A stretch of DNA of 64,000 nt from an uncultured Methanosarcinales archaeon (GTDB lineage Archaea; Nanobdellota; Nanobdellia; Woesearchaeales; JAGWAF01), in assembly GCA_964414985.1 (NCBI GenBank), contig CAYPXA010000003.1, forward strand, positions 5,055-69,054, in the 5' to 3' direction. The position numbers were made by a program, and so were the translations under genes. The notes below the pieces were generated by a model. That model was not told the DNA's origin. It did no database searches and saw only the letters and a program-made list of their open reading frames with translations. This document shows, in pieces, positions 28,676 through 37,339 of the stretch (positions within the stretch are counted from its first letter, which is position 1; every line of letters begins with the position of its first letter).

Positions 28676-29812
28676 ATGGAAAATCAGGCAAAAAATCCAG
28701 GAGAGAAGAAAAAGACAGGCTGGATAAGGCAGGAGGCTGAAAAGCTGACCCATTTTAAAGAGCATTACGAGCGCGCCAAGAAGAAAGAGAAGGAGATTAA
28801 GGAGAAGCGCAAGGATAAGATAAGGCAGCAGCGCAAGTACATGCTTAGGAACTACATTGAAAAGGCAGGATTAAGCATAAAGGAGGAAAGGGTTACAAAG
28901 ACTCTTTTCAATTTCTGCATTATAATCAACCTTATTATTTCCGCATACCTGATTTACTTTTTTTCATTTGAGTCTGATTCAAACCTTGTTTTTGTAGTCA
29001 TAGTCATGGCAATAGTATGGGCGCTGATTTTTTTTGGAGTGCTTTTCCTTGTCTGGCTGCTGTTTTACCTGATGCTTGACTTTAGGATATTCCAGAGAAA
29101 GACAAGCATAGAGGATGTCCTTGCAGACTTCCTCCAATTGACATCTGCAAACATCAGGGCTGGAATGCCTATTGACAGGGCGCTGTGGTTTTCAGTCAGG
29201 CCTAGGTTCGGGGTTCTTGCAAACGAGATTGAGATTGTTGCAAAGGAGACAATGAGCGGAAAGGACCTTGAGACTGCGCTTACAGACTTCACAAAAAAGT
29301 ACGACTCGCCTCTTCTTAAAAGGTCGATGAGCCTGCTTATTGAAGGCCTTAGGGCTGGCGGAGAAGTTGGGGAGCTCCTCAACAAGATTTCAACAAACAT
29401 ATCAGAATCAAGGATAATGAAGAAGGAGATGTCAGCAAACGTAACAACTTATGTAATCTTCATAACCTTTGCGACAGTTGCTGCAGCGCCTGTGCTTTTT
29501 GCGCTCTCAAACCAGCTCCTGCACATAATACATTCAATAGTCTCAACAATATCGCTTCCTTCCGGAGGTGTTGCAGGCTTTGGCGCTTCTTTCACAACTC
29601 TTGCAATAAAGCCTTCAGACTTCAGGCTTTTTTCAGTCATAATGCTTACAGTAACCTCATTTTTTTCAGCTGCAATAGTTGCAATCATAAGAAGGGGCAG
29701 CGTAAAGGCAGGCCTGAAGTACATTCCGTCATTCATAATCACTGCAGTAATCCTGTTTTACATTTCAGACTTCTTTTTGGGAAAAGTGCTGGGGTCTATG
29801 CTTTTGTCGTAG
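28676..29812 (+). CDS. TadC/FlaJ-like membrane protein (second T2SSF domain), K/E-rich N-terminus
   Basis: ATG 1 nt after the upstream stop (the track start at 28664 is TTG). T2SSF-like segment ANIRAGMPIDRALWFSV...GELLNKIS. Multiple TM helices. Confidence 0.65.
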   Translation: MENQAKNPGEKKKTGWIRQEAEKLTHFKEHYERAKKKEKEIKEKRKDKIRQQRKYMLRNYIEKAGLSIKEERVTKTLFNFCIIINLIISAYLIYFFSFESDSNLVFVVIVMAIVWALIFFGVLFLVWLLFYLMLDFRIFQRKTSIEDVLADFLQLTSANIRAGMPIDRALWFSVRPRFGVLANEIEIVAKETMSGKDLETALTDFTKKYDSPLLKRSMSLLIEGLRAGGEVGELLNKISTNISESRIMKKEMSANVTTYVIFITFATVAAAPVLFALSNQLLHIIHSIVSTISLPSGGVAGFGASFTTLAIKPSDFRLFSVIMLTVTSFFSAAIVAIIRRGSVKAGLKYIPSFIITAVILFYISDFFLGKVLGSMLLS

Positions 29813-29817
29813 CGCTT

Positions 29818-29832
29818 CAAAACATTTATATA
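29818..29832 (+). promoter_or_regulatory. BRE/TATA promoter AAAACATTTATATAT upstream of pilin gene 29854
   Basis: An identical 15-mer recurs upstream of the next pilin gene (30295-30309). Confidence 0.5.
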
Positions 29833-29853
29833 TTTGAATTTTAATTTTAGGGT

Positions 29854-30282
29854 ATGGCCAAAAAAGGACAGGCAGCAATGGAGTTTTTGATGACCTATGG
29901 CTGGGCTATACTTGCAATTCTTGCAGCAATAGGCGCGCTTGCTTATTTCGGTGTTTTGACTCCAACAAAGTTCCTGCCTGAAAAGTGCGTTTTTCCGCAG
30001 GGAATGGCGTGCCTTGACTTTCAGGTTGAGGCTTCAGATGCAAAGTTCGTGATACAGCCTGCTTTTGGCGCAGACGCATTCATTTACAATGCAACAATCG
30101 CAGAGTGCGATGCAGTCTTTATTGACAGGATTGTGGACAGCCAGCTTATGCTCAACTTTACGAACTGCGACAACGGAATTGAGGGAGACCAGTTCAGGGA
30201 AAAGCTTGTTGTGACATATTCTTTAAGGGGAAGCCCGATTGTCAAGCAGATGGATGCAGACGTAACCACGAATGTAAGATAA
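29854..30282 (+). CDS. Epd-like type IV pilin (class-III signal peptide, KGQ motif)
   Basis: MAKKG|QAAMEFLMTYGWAILAILAAIGALAYFGVL. Q+1/E+5. Resembles methanogen Epd pilin signal peptides. Confidence 0.75.
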   Translation: MAKKGQAAMEFLMTYGWAILAILAAIGALAYFGVLTPTKFLPEKCVFPQGMACLDFQVEASDAKFVIQPAFGADAFIYNATIAECDAVFIDRIVDSQLMLNFTNCDNGIEGDQFREKLVVTYSLRGSPIVKQMDADVTTNVR

Positions 30283-30294
30283 ATCTTTTCTGTC

Positions 30295-30309
30295 AAAACA
30301 TTTATATAT
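30295..30309 (+). promoter_or_regulatory. BRE/TATA promoter AAAACATTTATATAT upstream of pilin gene 30370
   Basis: Same motif as 29818. Downstream SD-like AAAAGAGGTG at about 30351. Confidence 0.5.
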
Positions 30310-30369
30310 CAGTATATTAATTTGTATATCAGAACAATCAATCTATACATAAAAGAGGTGAATAGCAAA

Positions 30370-30810
30370 ATGTTCAAAAAAGGACAGGCAGCAATGGAGT
30401 TCTTGATGACCTACGGCTGGGCAATCCTTGTTGTGCTTGCAGCAATCGGCGCTCTTGCATATTTCGGAGTATTGAGCCCTGACAGGTTTCTGCCAGAGAA
30501 GTGCACACTGCCATCAGGCATGGCGTGCTTAGACTTTACAGCAAGCTCAAGCCAGATTCAGTTGGTTATCCAGAACAGCGGCGGATTTGACATGAATAAT
30601 GTAAACGTGTCACTTGACGTTGAAGGCGGAAGTGTTGTTTCATGCTCACCAGCAGACGACTCAACATTGACTGATTCAGAGCAGGACACATTTACCTGCA
30701 CAGGCACATTTGCATCCGGAAAGCTTAAGGCTGACTTGAATGTTGCATATGTCAATGCACAGACACAATTGAGCCATACCAAAGCCGGCGAGCTTATTGC
30801 AAAGATATAA
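30370..30810 (+). CDS. Epd-like type IV pilin paralog (class-III signal peptide, KGQ motif)
   Basis: MFKKG|QAAMEFLMTYGWAILVVLAAIGALAYFGVL. N-terminal 35 aa nearly identical to the preceding pilin. Confidence 0.75.
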   Translation: MFKKGQAAMEFLMTYGWAILVVLAAIGALAYFGVLSPDRFLPEKCTLPSGMACLDFTASSSQIQLVIQNSGGFDMNNVNVSLDVEGGSVVSCSPADDSTLTDSEQDTFTCTGTFASGKLKADLNVAYVNAQTQLSHTKAGELIAKI

Positions 30811-30870
30811 AGCAATAACCAATCTGTTTTTTTATTTTTTTATTTAATATTTTTTTCTAAGAATTTTAGG
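30811..30870 (+). terminator. Long T-rich terminator region after pilin genes
   Basis: ctgtttttttatttttttatttaatatttttttc. Confidence 0.45.
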
Positions 30871-30896
30871 GTATAAAATTTGATGGTTAGAATGAG

Positions 30897-30990
30897 CATT
30901 GCCGCGCTTCGTGCCACTAATTGCTCCGCTTCTAATCAGGAGCCACCTTTTGAAAGATGTCCAGAATGAGTACTGCGCTAGGCGGCAATG
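30897..30990 (+). repeat. Family-A element copy A5 (diverged internal sequence)
   Basis: CATTGCCGCGCTTCGTGCCACTAATTGCTCCGCTTCTAATCAGGAGCCACC...GGCGGCAATG. Confidence 0.8.
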
Positions 30991-31015
30991 AAAACAAAAA
31001 CAAAAAAATAAAAAT

Positions 31016-31447
31016 TTACCGTCTTCCTTTTCTTGAGCGCTTCGGCTTTGCCCTGGATGCAGCTTTTCTTGCTGTTTTCCTGGCTTTTCGTGCAGCCTTT
31101 GAAACTGCCTTCTTTGCGCCTTTCCTTGCTTCAGCCATTGCTTTCTTTGCAATCCTTCTTAGCTTTGGCTTTGCGCGCATTGCAGCCTTCCTTGCCCTCT
31201 GCTTTGCCTCGGCAATAAGCGGCTTTGCCTTCTTCATCTCCTTCTTAACTTCCTGCCTGACAAAGTTCTGAAGCCTCTGCCTTTCCAGGTTTGCTTCAGC
31301 AGTAATCCTTGAAACAAGCTCTTTTGCCTCTTTCCGGCTTATCACTCCTGACTTTGCCATCTCATTAACTTCCTTGGCGATTTCCTTCTGCGTGATTCTC
31401 GCAGCCTTAACTCCAAGGCTTACCAGCTTTTTTGCTGTCTTAAACAT
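31016..31447 (-). CDS. Highly basic small protein with Ala/Lys/Arg-rich histone-H1-like tail (putative nucleic-acid-binding)
   Basis: C-terminal AKKAMAEARKGAKKAVSKAARKARKTARKAASRAKPKRSRKGRR. Lies 4 nt downstream of the UbiB-like gene on the same strand. Confidence 0.45.
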   Translation of the reverse strand: MFKTAKKLVSLGVKAARITQKEIAKEVNEMAKSGVISRKEAKELVSRITAEANLERQRLQNFVRQEVKKEMKKAKPLIAEAKQRARKAAMRAKPKLRRIAKKAMAEARKGAKKAVSKAARKARKTARKAASRAKPKRSRKGRR

Positions 31448-31451
31448 CTGC

Positions 31452-33125
31452 TCACCTCCATATCGAGCCTTCTTTTACTATTGAAGCCAAAAGCATGATT
31501 CCCATGAATCCTGCAATTGTATAAATTATCAAAGAGGGAAATGACATCCCCCAAAAATCAGGCCCTGTGCCTGAATGCATCAGAAGCGCACCGCCTATTA
31601 TCAGTGCAGCCATTATCATTGCGTATGAAAGCCTGTTGCTGCTCCTGTCAATGTCGGATGCAAGCCTTTTCAAATCTGTATCCTCAATGTCTATCTTGAC
31701 TACTCCCTGCTTTATTCGCTGCAGCACTGAAAGTGTTTCTGAAGGTATCATCTCAAGCACTTCTGCAATGTCCTGCGACTTCCTCATAAAGTTTGCAAAC
31801 GACTCTTTAGAGATTGCCTTTTTCTTCAGGTAGCCCTGGACATATGCCTGGGATTCCTTTACAAAGTTGAATCTCGGGTTTAGCATCATTCCTGTTCCTT
31901 CTGCAGTGAGAAGCGCCTTTGCAAGAAGCACCATGTCAGGAGGCATCTTTATGCTGTTCTTTATGCATGAGTCAAAAAGCCTGTGGAGCATATGAGTTAC
32001 CCTTACCTGCCTCATTTCTGAGCCATACCATCCGCTGACAATGTCATTTACATCGCTCTTGAATTTTTCAAGGTCTGCGCCAGGCTCAGGCCTGCCGATT
32101 AAAAGAAGCTGGTTTACAACTCCGTCAATATCCCTATTGACCAAAGCAACATAAAGCTTTACACCCTCCTTTCTCAAATAAGGTGTGAGGCTGCCTACTA
32201 TTCCAAAATCAAGAAGTGCGATTGAGCCCTTTTCAAGCACGAGAATGTTGCCTGGGTGCAGGTCTGCGTGGAATACGCTCTGCTCAAAAACCTGCTTGAG
32301 GCAGGTGTTGATTATGGAGCTAAGGACTTTTTCTTTGGGAAATTCTTTCTTGTCCCGTATAAGGTCGCTTAGCTTTCTTCCATGAATATATTCCATGGTA
32401 AGCACCCTCTTAGAGGTGTAATCCCTGTAAAGCTTTGGAATCCTGACATATTCTGCATCCTTAAGATTCTCGTAAAACTGCTCGATGTTTCCTGCCTCAA
32501 CAAGGAAGTTAAGCTCGTTTTTGGTGTACCTCTCAAACTCCTTTGCGATAGCCATTGGAGAGTATTTTCCGAATGCCTTTGACTTCTCAAGCCGGGCAGC
32601 AACATGGTAAATAATGTCTATGTCTGCCTTGAAAGCATCTTCAGCTCCAGGCCTCTGCACTTTTACAACAACCTTCTTTCCGTTTTTTAGGACTGCATAA
32701 TGCACCTGGCTGACTGATGCAGCGCCGATTGGCTTGTCTGAAAATGTGCTGAAAACTTTTTTCAATGGCTTGCCAAGCTCTTTTTCAATTATCTCTTTTG
32801 CCTTTGCAGGCGAGAAAGGCGGAACCTTGTCCTGCAGCTTTGCAAACTCTGCGCACAAACTTTCAGGAACAAGGTCAGGCCTTAAGCTAAGCATCTGCCC
32901 TAGCTTGACATAAGCTCCGCCAAGCTCCTCAAATGACTTCCTTAGCCTGGATTCAGGAGAGTCAGGCTCTGCATATTTGTGGAATGCAATCTTTTTTGAG
33001 AAAGGAAGGTGGGCTTTCAGGCCGTACTTCTGTATAAAATAGCCAAGGCCGTTCCTGAAAAGGACATTTACAACCCTTGAAACCCTCTCAAGGTCCCTTA
33101 TGCCGGAAGAAATTCCCATGTTCAC
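31452..33125 (-). CDS. ABC1/UbiB-family atypical protein kinase
   Basis: Motifs GGAYVKLGQMLSLRPDLVP and HADLHPGNILV. C-terminal TM helices. Confidence 0.8.
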   Translation of the reverse strand: MNMGISSGIRDLERVSRVVNVLFRNGLGYFIQKYGLKAHLPFSKKIAFHKYAEPDSPESRLRKSFEELGGAYVKLGQMLSLRPDLVPESLCAEFAKLQDKVPPFSPAKAKEIIEKELGKPLKKVFSTFSDKPIGAASVSQVHYAVLKNGKKVVVKVQRPGAEDAFKADIDIIYHVAARLEKSKAFGKYSPMAIAKEFERYTKNELNFLVEAGNIEQFYENLKDAEYVRIPKLYRDYTSKRVLTMEYIHGRKLSDLIRDKKEFPKEKVLSSIINTCLKQVFEQSVFHADLHPGNILVLEKGSIALLDFGIVGSLTPYLRKEGVKLYVALVNRDIDGVVNQLLLIGRPEPGADLEKFKSDVNDIVSGWYGSEMRQVRVTHMLHRLFDSCIKNSIKMPPDMVLLAKALLTAEGTGMMLNPRFNFVKESQAYVQGYLKKKAISKESFANFMRKSQDIAEVLEMIPSETLSVLQRIKQGVVKIDIEDTDLKRLASDIDRSSNRLSYAMIMAALIIGGALLMHSGTGPDFWGMSFPSLIIYTIAGFMGIMLLASIVKEGSIWR

Positions 33126-33247
33126 CTCTTTTAGAAGAATAAATTGGGAGGATTGTTTATAAATTTTGTCAAAATAAGAGATGGCAGATGAAAGAATATG
33201 CAGAATTGCATCATCAAATTTATATATTCCTAGTGCACGAAGAAGTT

Positions 33248-33697
33248 AACATGAAAATAGTAAGCCTAAAAAGAAGCCATGTTGATGACGCTGCAAGAGT
33301 CATGGCTGAAGCGTATAACATCAGCTATCGCCTTGCAAAAAAGGAGATAACATCCAAAGAGCGAAAAGAAGAGTGGATGGTTGCAATAATAGACTGCAAA
33401 GTTGCTGGATTTATGGGCTATTTTTTTGACCATTCGCATTATGCCAATTTCTTGGAGGATATTGCTGTAAGCAAGGAGCATAGGCACAAGGGAGTTGCAA
33501 CAGCGCTCCTAAAAAAATTCGTGGAAATAAGCAGGAAAAGCCAGCCTAAAAAACAGCCCTACTGCCTTAGCAGCACCAAAATATCCAACAAGGCAAGCAT
33601 CAGGCTGCACTTGGGTTTTGGATTCCGCAAATTAGGCACACTAAAAAAGCTGCATTACGGGCAAGATGAAATATTTTTTGGGTATAAAATGTGGTAA
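33248..33697 (+). CDS. GNAT-family N-acetyltransferase
   Basis: Motif A IAVSKEHRHKGVATALLKKFVE. The start is taken at the internal ATG (MKIVSL). The track ORF begins at 33188. Confidence 0.65.
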   Translation, partial: NMKIVSLKRSHVDDAARVMAEAYNISYRLAKKEITSKERKEEWMVAIIDCKVAGFMGYFFDHSHYANFLEDIAVSKEHRHKGVATALLKKFVEISRKSQPKKQPYCLSSTKISNKASIRLHLGFGFRKLGTLKKLHYGQDEIFFGYKMW

Positions 33698-33767
33698 AAA
33701 ATTCTGGAAAATCATTTTCTCGCCTAAATTCCAAACCTTTTTAAAGTATTGCTGACTTTGAAAAATT

Positions 33768-35978
33768 ATGTACGAGCTTATCATAACGGAAAAGCCGAAT
33801 GCTGCAAAGAAGATTGCAGAGGCTCTTGCCGACGGAAAGCCATTGAAAAAAAGCCTGAACGGAGCTCCTTACTACGAGGTTACCCATTCAGGAAAGGATC
33901 TTGTTGTTGGATGCGCAGTAGGCCACCTTTTCGGGCTTAGGCAGAAGGACAAGAAGGCAAAGCTGCCTATATTCGACATAGAATGGGCTCCAACATATGA
34001 GATTACAAAGTCAGGCGCATTCTCAAAGAAGTATGCTGCTGCACTGAAAAAAGTAGCAAAGGATGCAACTTCATTTACAGTTGCAACAGATTACGACGTC
34101 GAGGGTGAAGTGATAGGCCTGAATGTCGTCAGGTTCATCTGCAGGAAAAACGACGCCCGCAGGATGAAGTTCTCAACTCTTACAAAGGACGAGCTTGTCC
34201 AGGCATATGAGCACTGCCAGAAAACCCTTGACTGGGGCCAGGCAAATGCAGGCGAGACAAGGCACATTCTGGATTGGTATTACGGAATTAATGTTTCAAG
34301 GGCTCTTACAAAGGCAATAAGCTCAACAGGCCATTTCAAGCTGATGTCCACAGGAAGGGTTCAGGGGCCTGCGCTCAAGCTTATTGTCGAGAAGGAAAAG
34401 GAAATCCAGGCATTCAAGCCAGAGCCGTACTGGATGGTTTCGCTCAGCGGAGCTGTAAAGGCAGGAAGCTTTGAGGCTTGGCACGAAAAAGAAAGGATAT
34501 GGGACGAGAAAGAGGCAGACAGGATATTTCAGAAAGTCAGAGGAGAGAAGTCTGCTTCTGTAAAAGACGTTGAGACAAGCAAGTTCACGCAGGCACCGCC
34601 TTATCCGTTTGACCTTACTTCGCTTCAGATTGAGGCGCACAAATGCGTAGGCATATCTCCAAAGGCAACTCTTGAGATTGCGCAGGACCTTTACACTGGA
34701 GGATATATTTCATACCCAAGAACATCTTCGCAGCAGCTGCCTGAAGCAATCGGCTACAGGAAGATAATAAGCGATCTTTCAAAATCAAAGAATTTCAAGG
34801 CAAATGCAGAATTCCTGCTTGCAAGAAAGCAGCTCAAGCCAAACAACGGCAAAAAGGTCGACCCTGCGCACCCGGCAATCTACCCTACAGGAATTGTGCC
34901 AAAGCTGGACGACAGGAAGATTAAGATTTATGACTTGATTGTCAAGAGATTCATGGCAACATTCGGAGATGACGCTGTAAGGCAGACAGTCAAGGCTTTA
35001 ATTGACGTTAAAAGCGAAATATTCATTGCAAAAGGCACAACAACAATCGAGAAAGGATGGCACACTCTTTACAGCCCTTATGTCATGCTCAAGGAGGAAG
35101 AGCTTCCTGCAATGGCAAAGGGCGAAGCTGTCAAAGTTAGCGATGTTGCAAAGCATGACAAAGAGACAACACCTCCCAAAAGGTACACTGAAAGCTCAAT
35201 AATAAAAGAGCTTGAGAAGAGAAACCTTGGAACAAAGGCGACAAGGGCCCAGATTGTGGACACCCTTTTCCAGAGGGGTTATGTCGACGGAAAGGCAATT
35301 CAGGCAACAGAGATAGGCATAAGGACTTCAGACACTCTTTCAAAGCACTGCCAGCTGCTGGTCGACGAAGCCATGACAAGGCATTTTGAAGAGGAGATGG
35401 ACATGATAAGGGACAAGACAAAAACCCCTGACAATGTCCTGGACGAAGCAAGAAAAGTTGTAACTGAAATTGTTGATGAGTTCAGAAAGGATGAGAAGGC
35501 AATAGGCGAAGAGCTTTATGCTGCAAACAGGGAAACAGTCAATGTGATGACCCAGGTCGGAAAATGCCCTATATGCCACGATGGAATTCTTGCAATAAGA
35601 AAGGGAAGGTTCGGCCATTTCATTGCGTGCGGAAAATACCCTGAGTGCAAGACAATATTCTCAATACCCCAAGGACTTGTCAAGCCTACAGGAGAGGTAT
35701 GTTCATTCTGCGGCTACCCAAAAGTCAAGATTATCAAGAAGAGGAAAGGCCCCCAGGATGTCTGCATAAATCCAAAGTGCCCAGGAAAGATGAAGGGCTA
35801 CACTTCAGAGCAGATGAAGGAGATGGATGATATTGGCACTGGAAAGACTGAAAAGCCATGCCCGAAATGCAAGGTTGGAAAGCTTGTCCTTAGGAAGTCA
35901 ATCTACGGCGCGTTTATCGGCTGCAATCAGTATCCGAAGTGCAGGTACACGCAGAAGATTGAGAAGCAGGAAGAGTAA
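33768..35978 (+). CDS. topA: DNA topoisomerase IA (archaeal topo I/III type) with C-terminal C4 zinc ribbons
   Basis: TOPRIM ELIITEKP...VATDYDVEGEVIG. Active-site region ISYPRTSSQ (catalytic Tyr). Three C-terminal CxxC...CxxC zinc ribbons. Confidence 0.9.
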   Translation: MYELIITEKPNAAKKIAEALADGKPLKKSLNGAPYYEVTHSGKDLVVGCAVGHLFGLRQKDKKAKLPIFDIEWAPTYEITKSGAFSKKYAAALKKVAKDATSFTVATDYDVEGEVIGLNVVRFICRKNDARRMKFSTLTKDELVQAYEHCQKTLDWGQANAGETRHILDWYYGINVSRALTKAISSTGHFKLMSTGRVQGPALKLIVEKEKEIQAFKPEPYWMVSLSGAVKAGSFEAWHEKERIWDEKEADRIFQKVRGEKSASVKDVETSKFTQAPPYPFDLTSLQIEAHKCVGISPKATLEIAQDLYTGGYISYPRTSSQQLPEAIGYRKIISDLSKSKNFKANAEFLLARKQLKPNNGKKVDPAHPAIYPTGIVPKLDDRKIKIYDLIVKRFMATFGDDAVRQTVKALIDVKSEIFIAKGTTTIEKGWHTLYSPYVMLKEEELPAMAKGEAVKVSDVAKHDKETTPPKRYTESSIIKELEKRNLGTKATRAQIVDTLFQRGYVDGKAIQATEIGIRTSDTLSKHCQLLVDEAMTRHFEEEMDMIRDKTKTPDNVLDEARKVVTEIVDEFRKDEKAIGEELYAANRETVNVMTQVGKCPICHDGILAIRKGRFGHFIACGKYPECKTIFSIPQGLVKPTGEVCSFCGYPKVKIIKKRKGPQDVCINPKCPGKMKGYTSEQMKEMDDIGTGKTEKPCPKCKVGKLVLRKSIYGAFIGCNQYPKCRYTQKIEKQEE

Positions 35979-36015
35979 ATAGCTTGGTTCTTATCAGTTC
36001 AAAATCAAACACGAG

Positions 36016-36110
36016 CATTGCCACCTAGCGCAGTACTTGTTCTTTGAGTTTGATTAACACGTGACTCCTTTGAAGAAGCGAGAGCAAATGCGACACGAAG
36101 CGCGGCAATG
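36016..36110 (-). repeat. Family-A element copy A6 (reverse orientation)
   Basis: CATTGCCACCTAGCGCAGTACTTG...GTGACTCCTTTGAAGAAG...GCGCGGCAATG. Confidence 0.8.
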
Positions 36111-36112
36111 CG

Positions 36113-36206
36113 CATTGCCGCCCAGCGCAGTACGCATTCTGGACATTGCTCAAAAGGTGACTCCTAACCAGAAGCAGTGCAAAAAGCATCACGAAGCGTG
36201 GCAATG
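36113..36206 (-). repeat. Family-A element copy A7 (tandem with A6, reverse orientation)
   Basis: CATTGCCGCCCAGCGCAGTACG...GGTGACTCCTAACCAGAAGC...GTGGCAATG. Confidence 0.8.
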
Positions 36207-36217
36207 CAAAATTAGTT

Positions 36218-36250
36218 AGTGCATTGAGTTTTGGCCTTAAGCAAGGCAAT
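36218..36250 (+). repeat. Family-B element fragment (one terminal arm only)
   Basis: GAGTTTTGGCCTTAAGCAAGGCAA matches the B-element TIR arm. Confidence 0.55.
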
Positions 36251-36319
36251 GTTTAATCTGATTCTGCGCCTGCCATTTTTAAATAGCTTTAAATAATGCC
36301 TTAAACATTCCAATATGCC

Positions 36320-37339
36320 ATGATAAACACAGGCTTTGAAAAAACATTCCTGCAGAAGGACTCTTTTACAGACATCCTCGGCCAGGACGAAACAAAGAGG
36401 CAGATAAAGTCAGCGCTCCTTATGGGCAGGCACATAATCATATCAGGCCCTCCTGGAGTTGGAAAGACAACCATTGCAAGGAACATTGCAAGGCTTTTGC
36501 CTGAAATTACAGTAAATGACTGCGACTTCCACTGCGAGCCGAAGAGCCCAATCTGCCCTTCGTGCATTGCAAAGAAAAGCCAGAAGACAAAAAAGATAGG
36601 CGGAGAGCAGAGGTTTGTGAGGATACAGGGAAGCCCTGACCTTGCAGTCGAGGACCTTTTGGGTGACATAGACCCAATCAAGGCTTTGAAGTTCGGGCCT
36701 ATGAGCATTGAGGCATTCACTCCAGGAAAGATATTCAAGGCAAACAACGGAATGCTTTTCTTCGATGAAGTCAACAGGTGCCCTGAAAAGCTCCAGAACG
36801 CGCTGCTTCAGGTGCTTCAGGAAGGCGAAGCAACAATCGGAAGCTACTCTGTCGAGCTTCCTGCAAATTTCATTTTTATCGGAACAATGAACCCTGAAGA
36901 CTCTTCAACAGAAAGGCTTTCAGATGTTTTTGCAGACAGGTTTGACATAATCCACATGGGATATCCTGAAACACTCGAAATCGAGAAAAGCATAGTATTA
37001 TCCAAAGGGAAAAAGCTGGATGTTGATTTTTCAGAAGAGCTTATCAGCCTTGCAGTCCTTTTTGTGAGGCTGCTAAGGGAAAACAAGGAGCTTGAGAAAA
37101 AGCCGTCTGTAAGGGCTTCAATCGGGCTTTATGAAAGGGCGCAGGCAAATGCATACCTCGCAAAGAGGAAGTCTGTTACTGCAGAAGACATTGCAGATGC
37201 CATAATCTCTGTCTTAAGCCACAGGATAGAGCTCAAGCCTTCTGTAAAATACCTGCAGACTAATGAAGATTTCTTAAAAGTCGAGCTCAAGCAGTTTGCT
37301 GAAGAGCACGAAGAATTTGAAAGCGGTGGTTGCCGGTGA
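36320..37339 (+). CDS. ChlI/BchI-like AAA+ ATPase (Mg-chelatase subunit I homolog, MoxR-related)
   Basis: Walker A ISGPPGVGKTT. ChlI-type Cys insertion LPEITVNDCDFHCEPKSPICPSCIAKK. Walker B MLFFDEVN. Sensor motifs. Confidence 0.75.
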   Translation: MINTGFEKTFLQKDSFTDILGQDETKRQIKSALLMGRHIIISGPPGVGKTTIARNIARLLPEITVNDCDFHCEPKSPICPSCIAKKSQKTKKIGGEQRFVRIQGSPDLAVEDLLGDIDPIKALKFGPMSIEAFTPGKIFKANNGMLFFDEVNRCPEKLQNALLQVLQEGEATIGSYSVELPANFIFIGTMNPEDSSTERLSDVFADRFDIIHMGYPETLEIEKSIVLSKGKKLDVDFSEELISLAVLFVRLLRENKELEKKPSVRASIGLYERAQANAYLAKRKSVTAEDIADAIISVLSHRIELKPSVKYLQTNEDFLKVELKQFAEEHEEFESGGCR

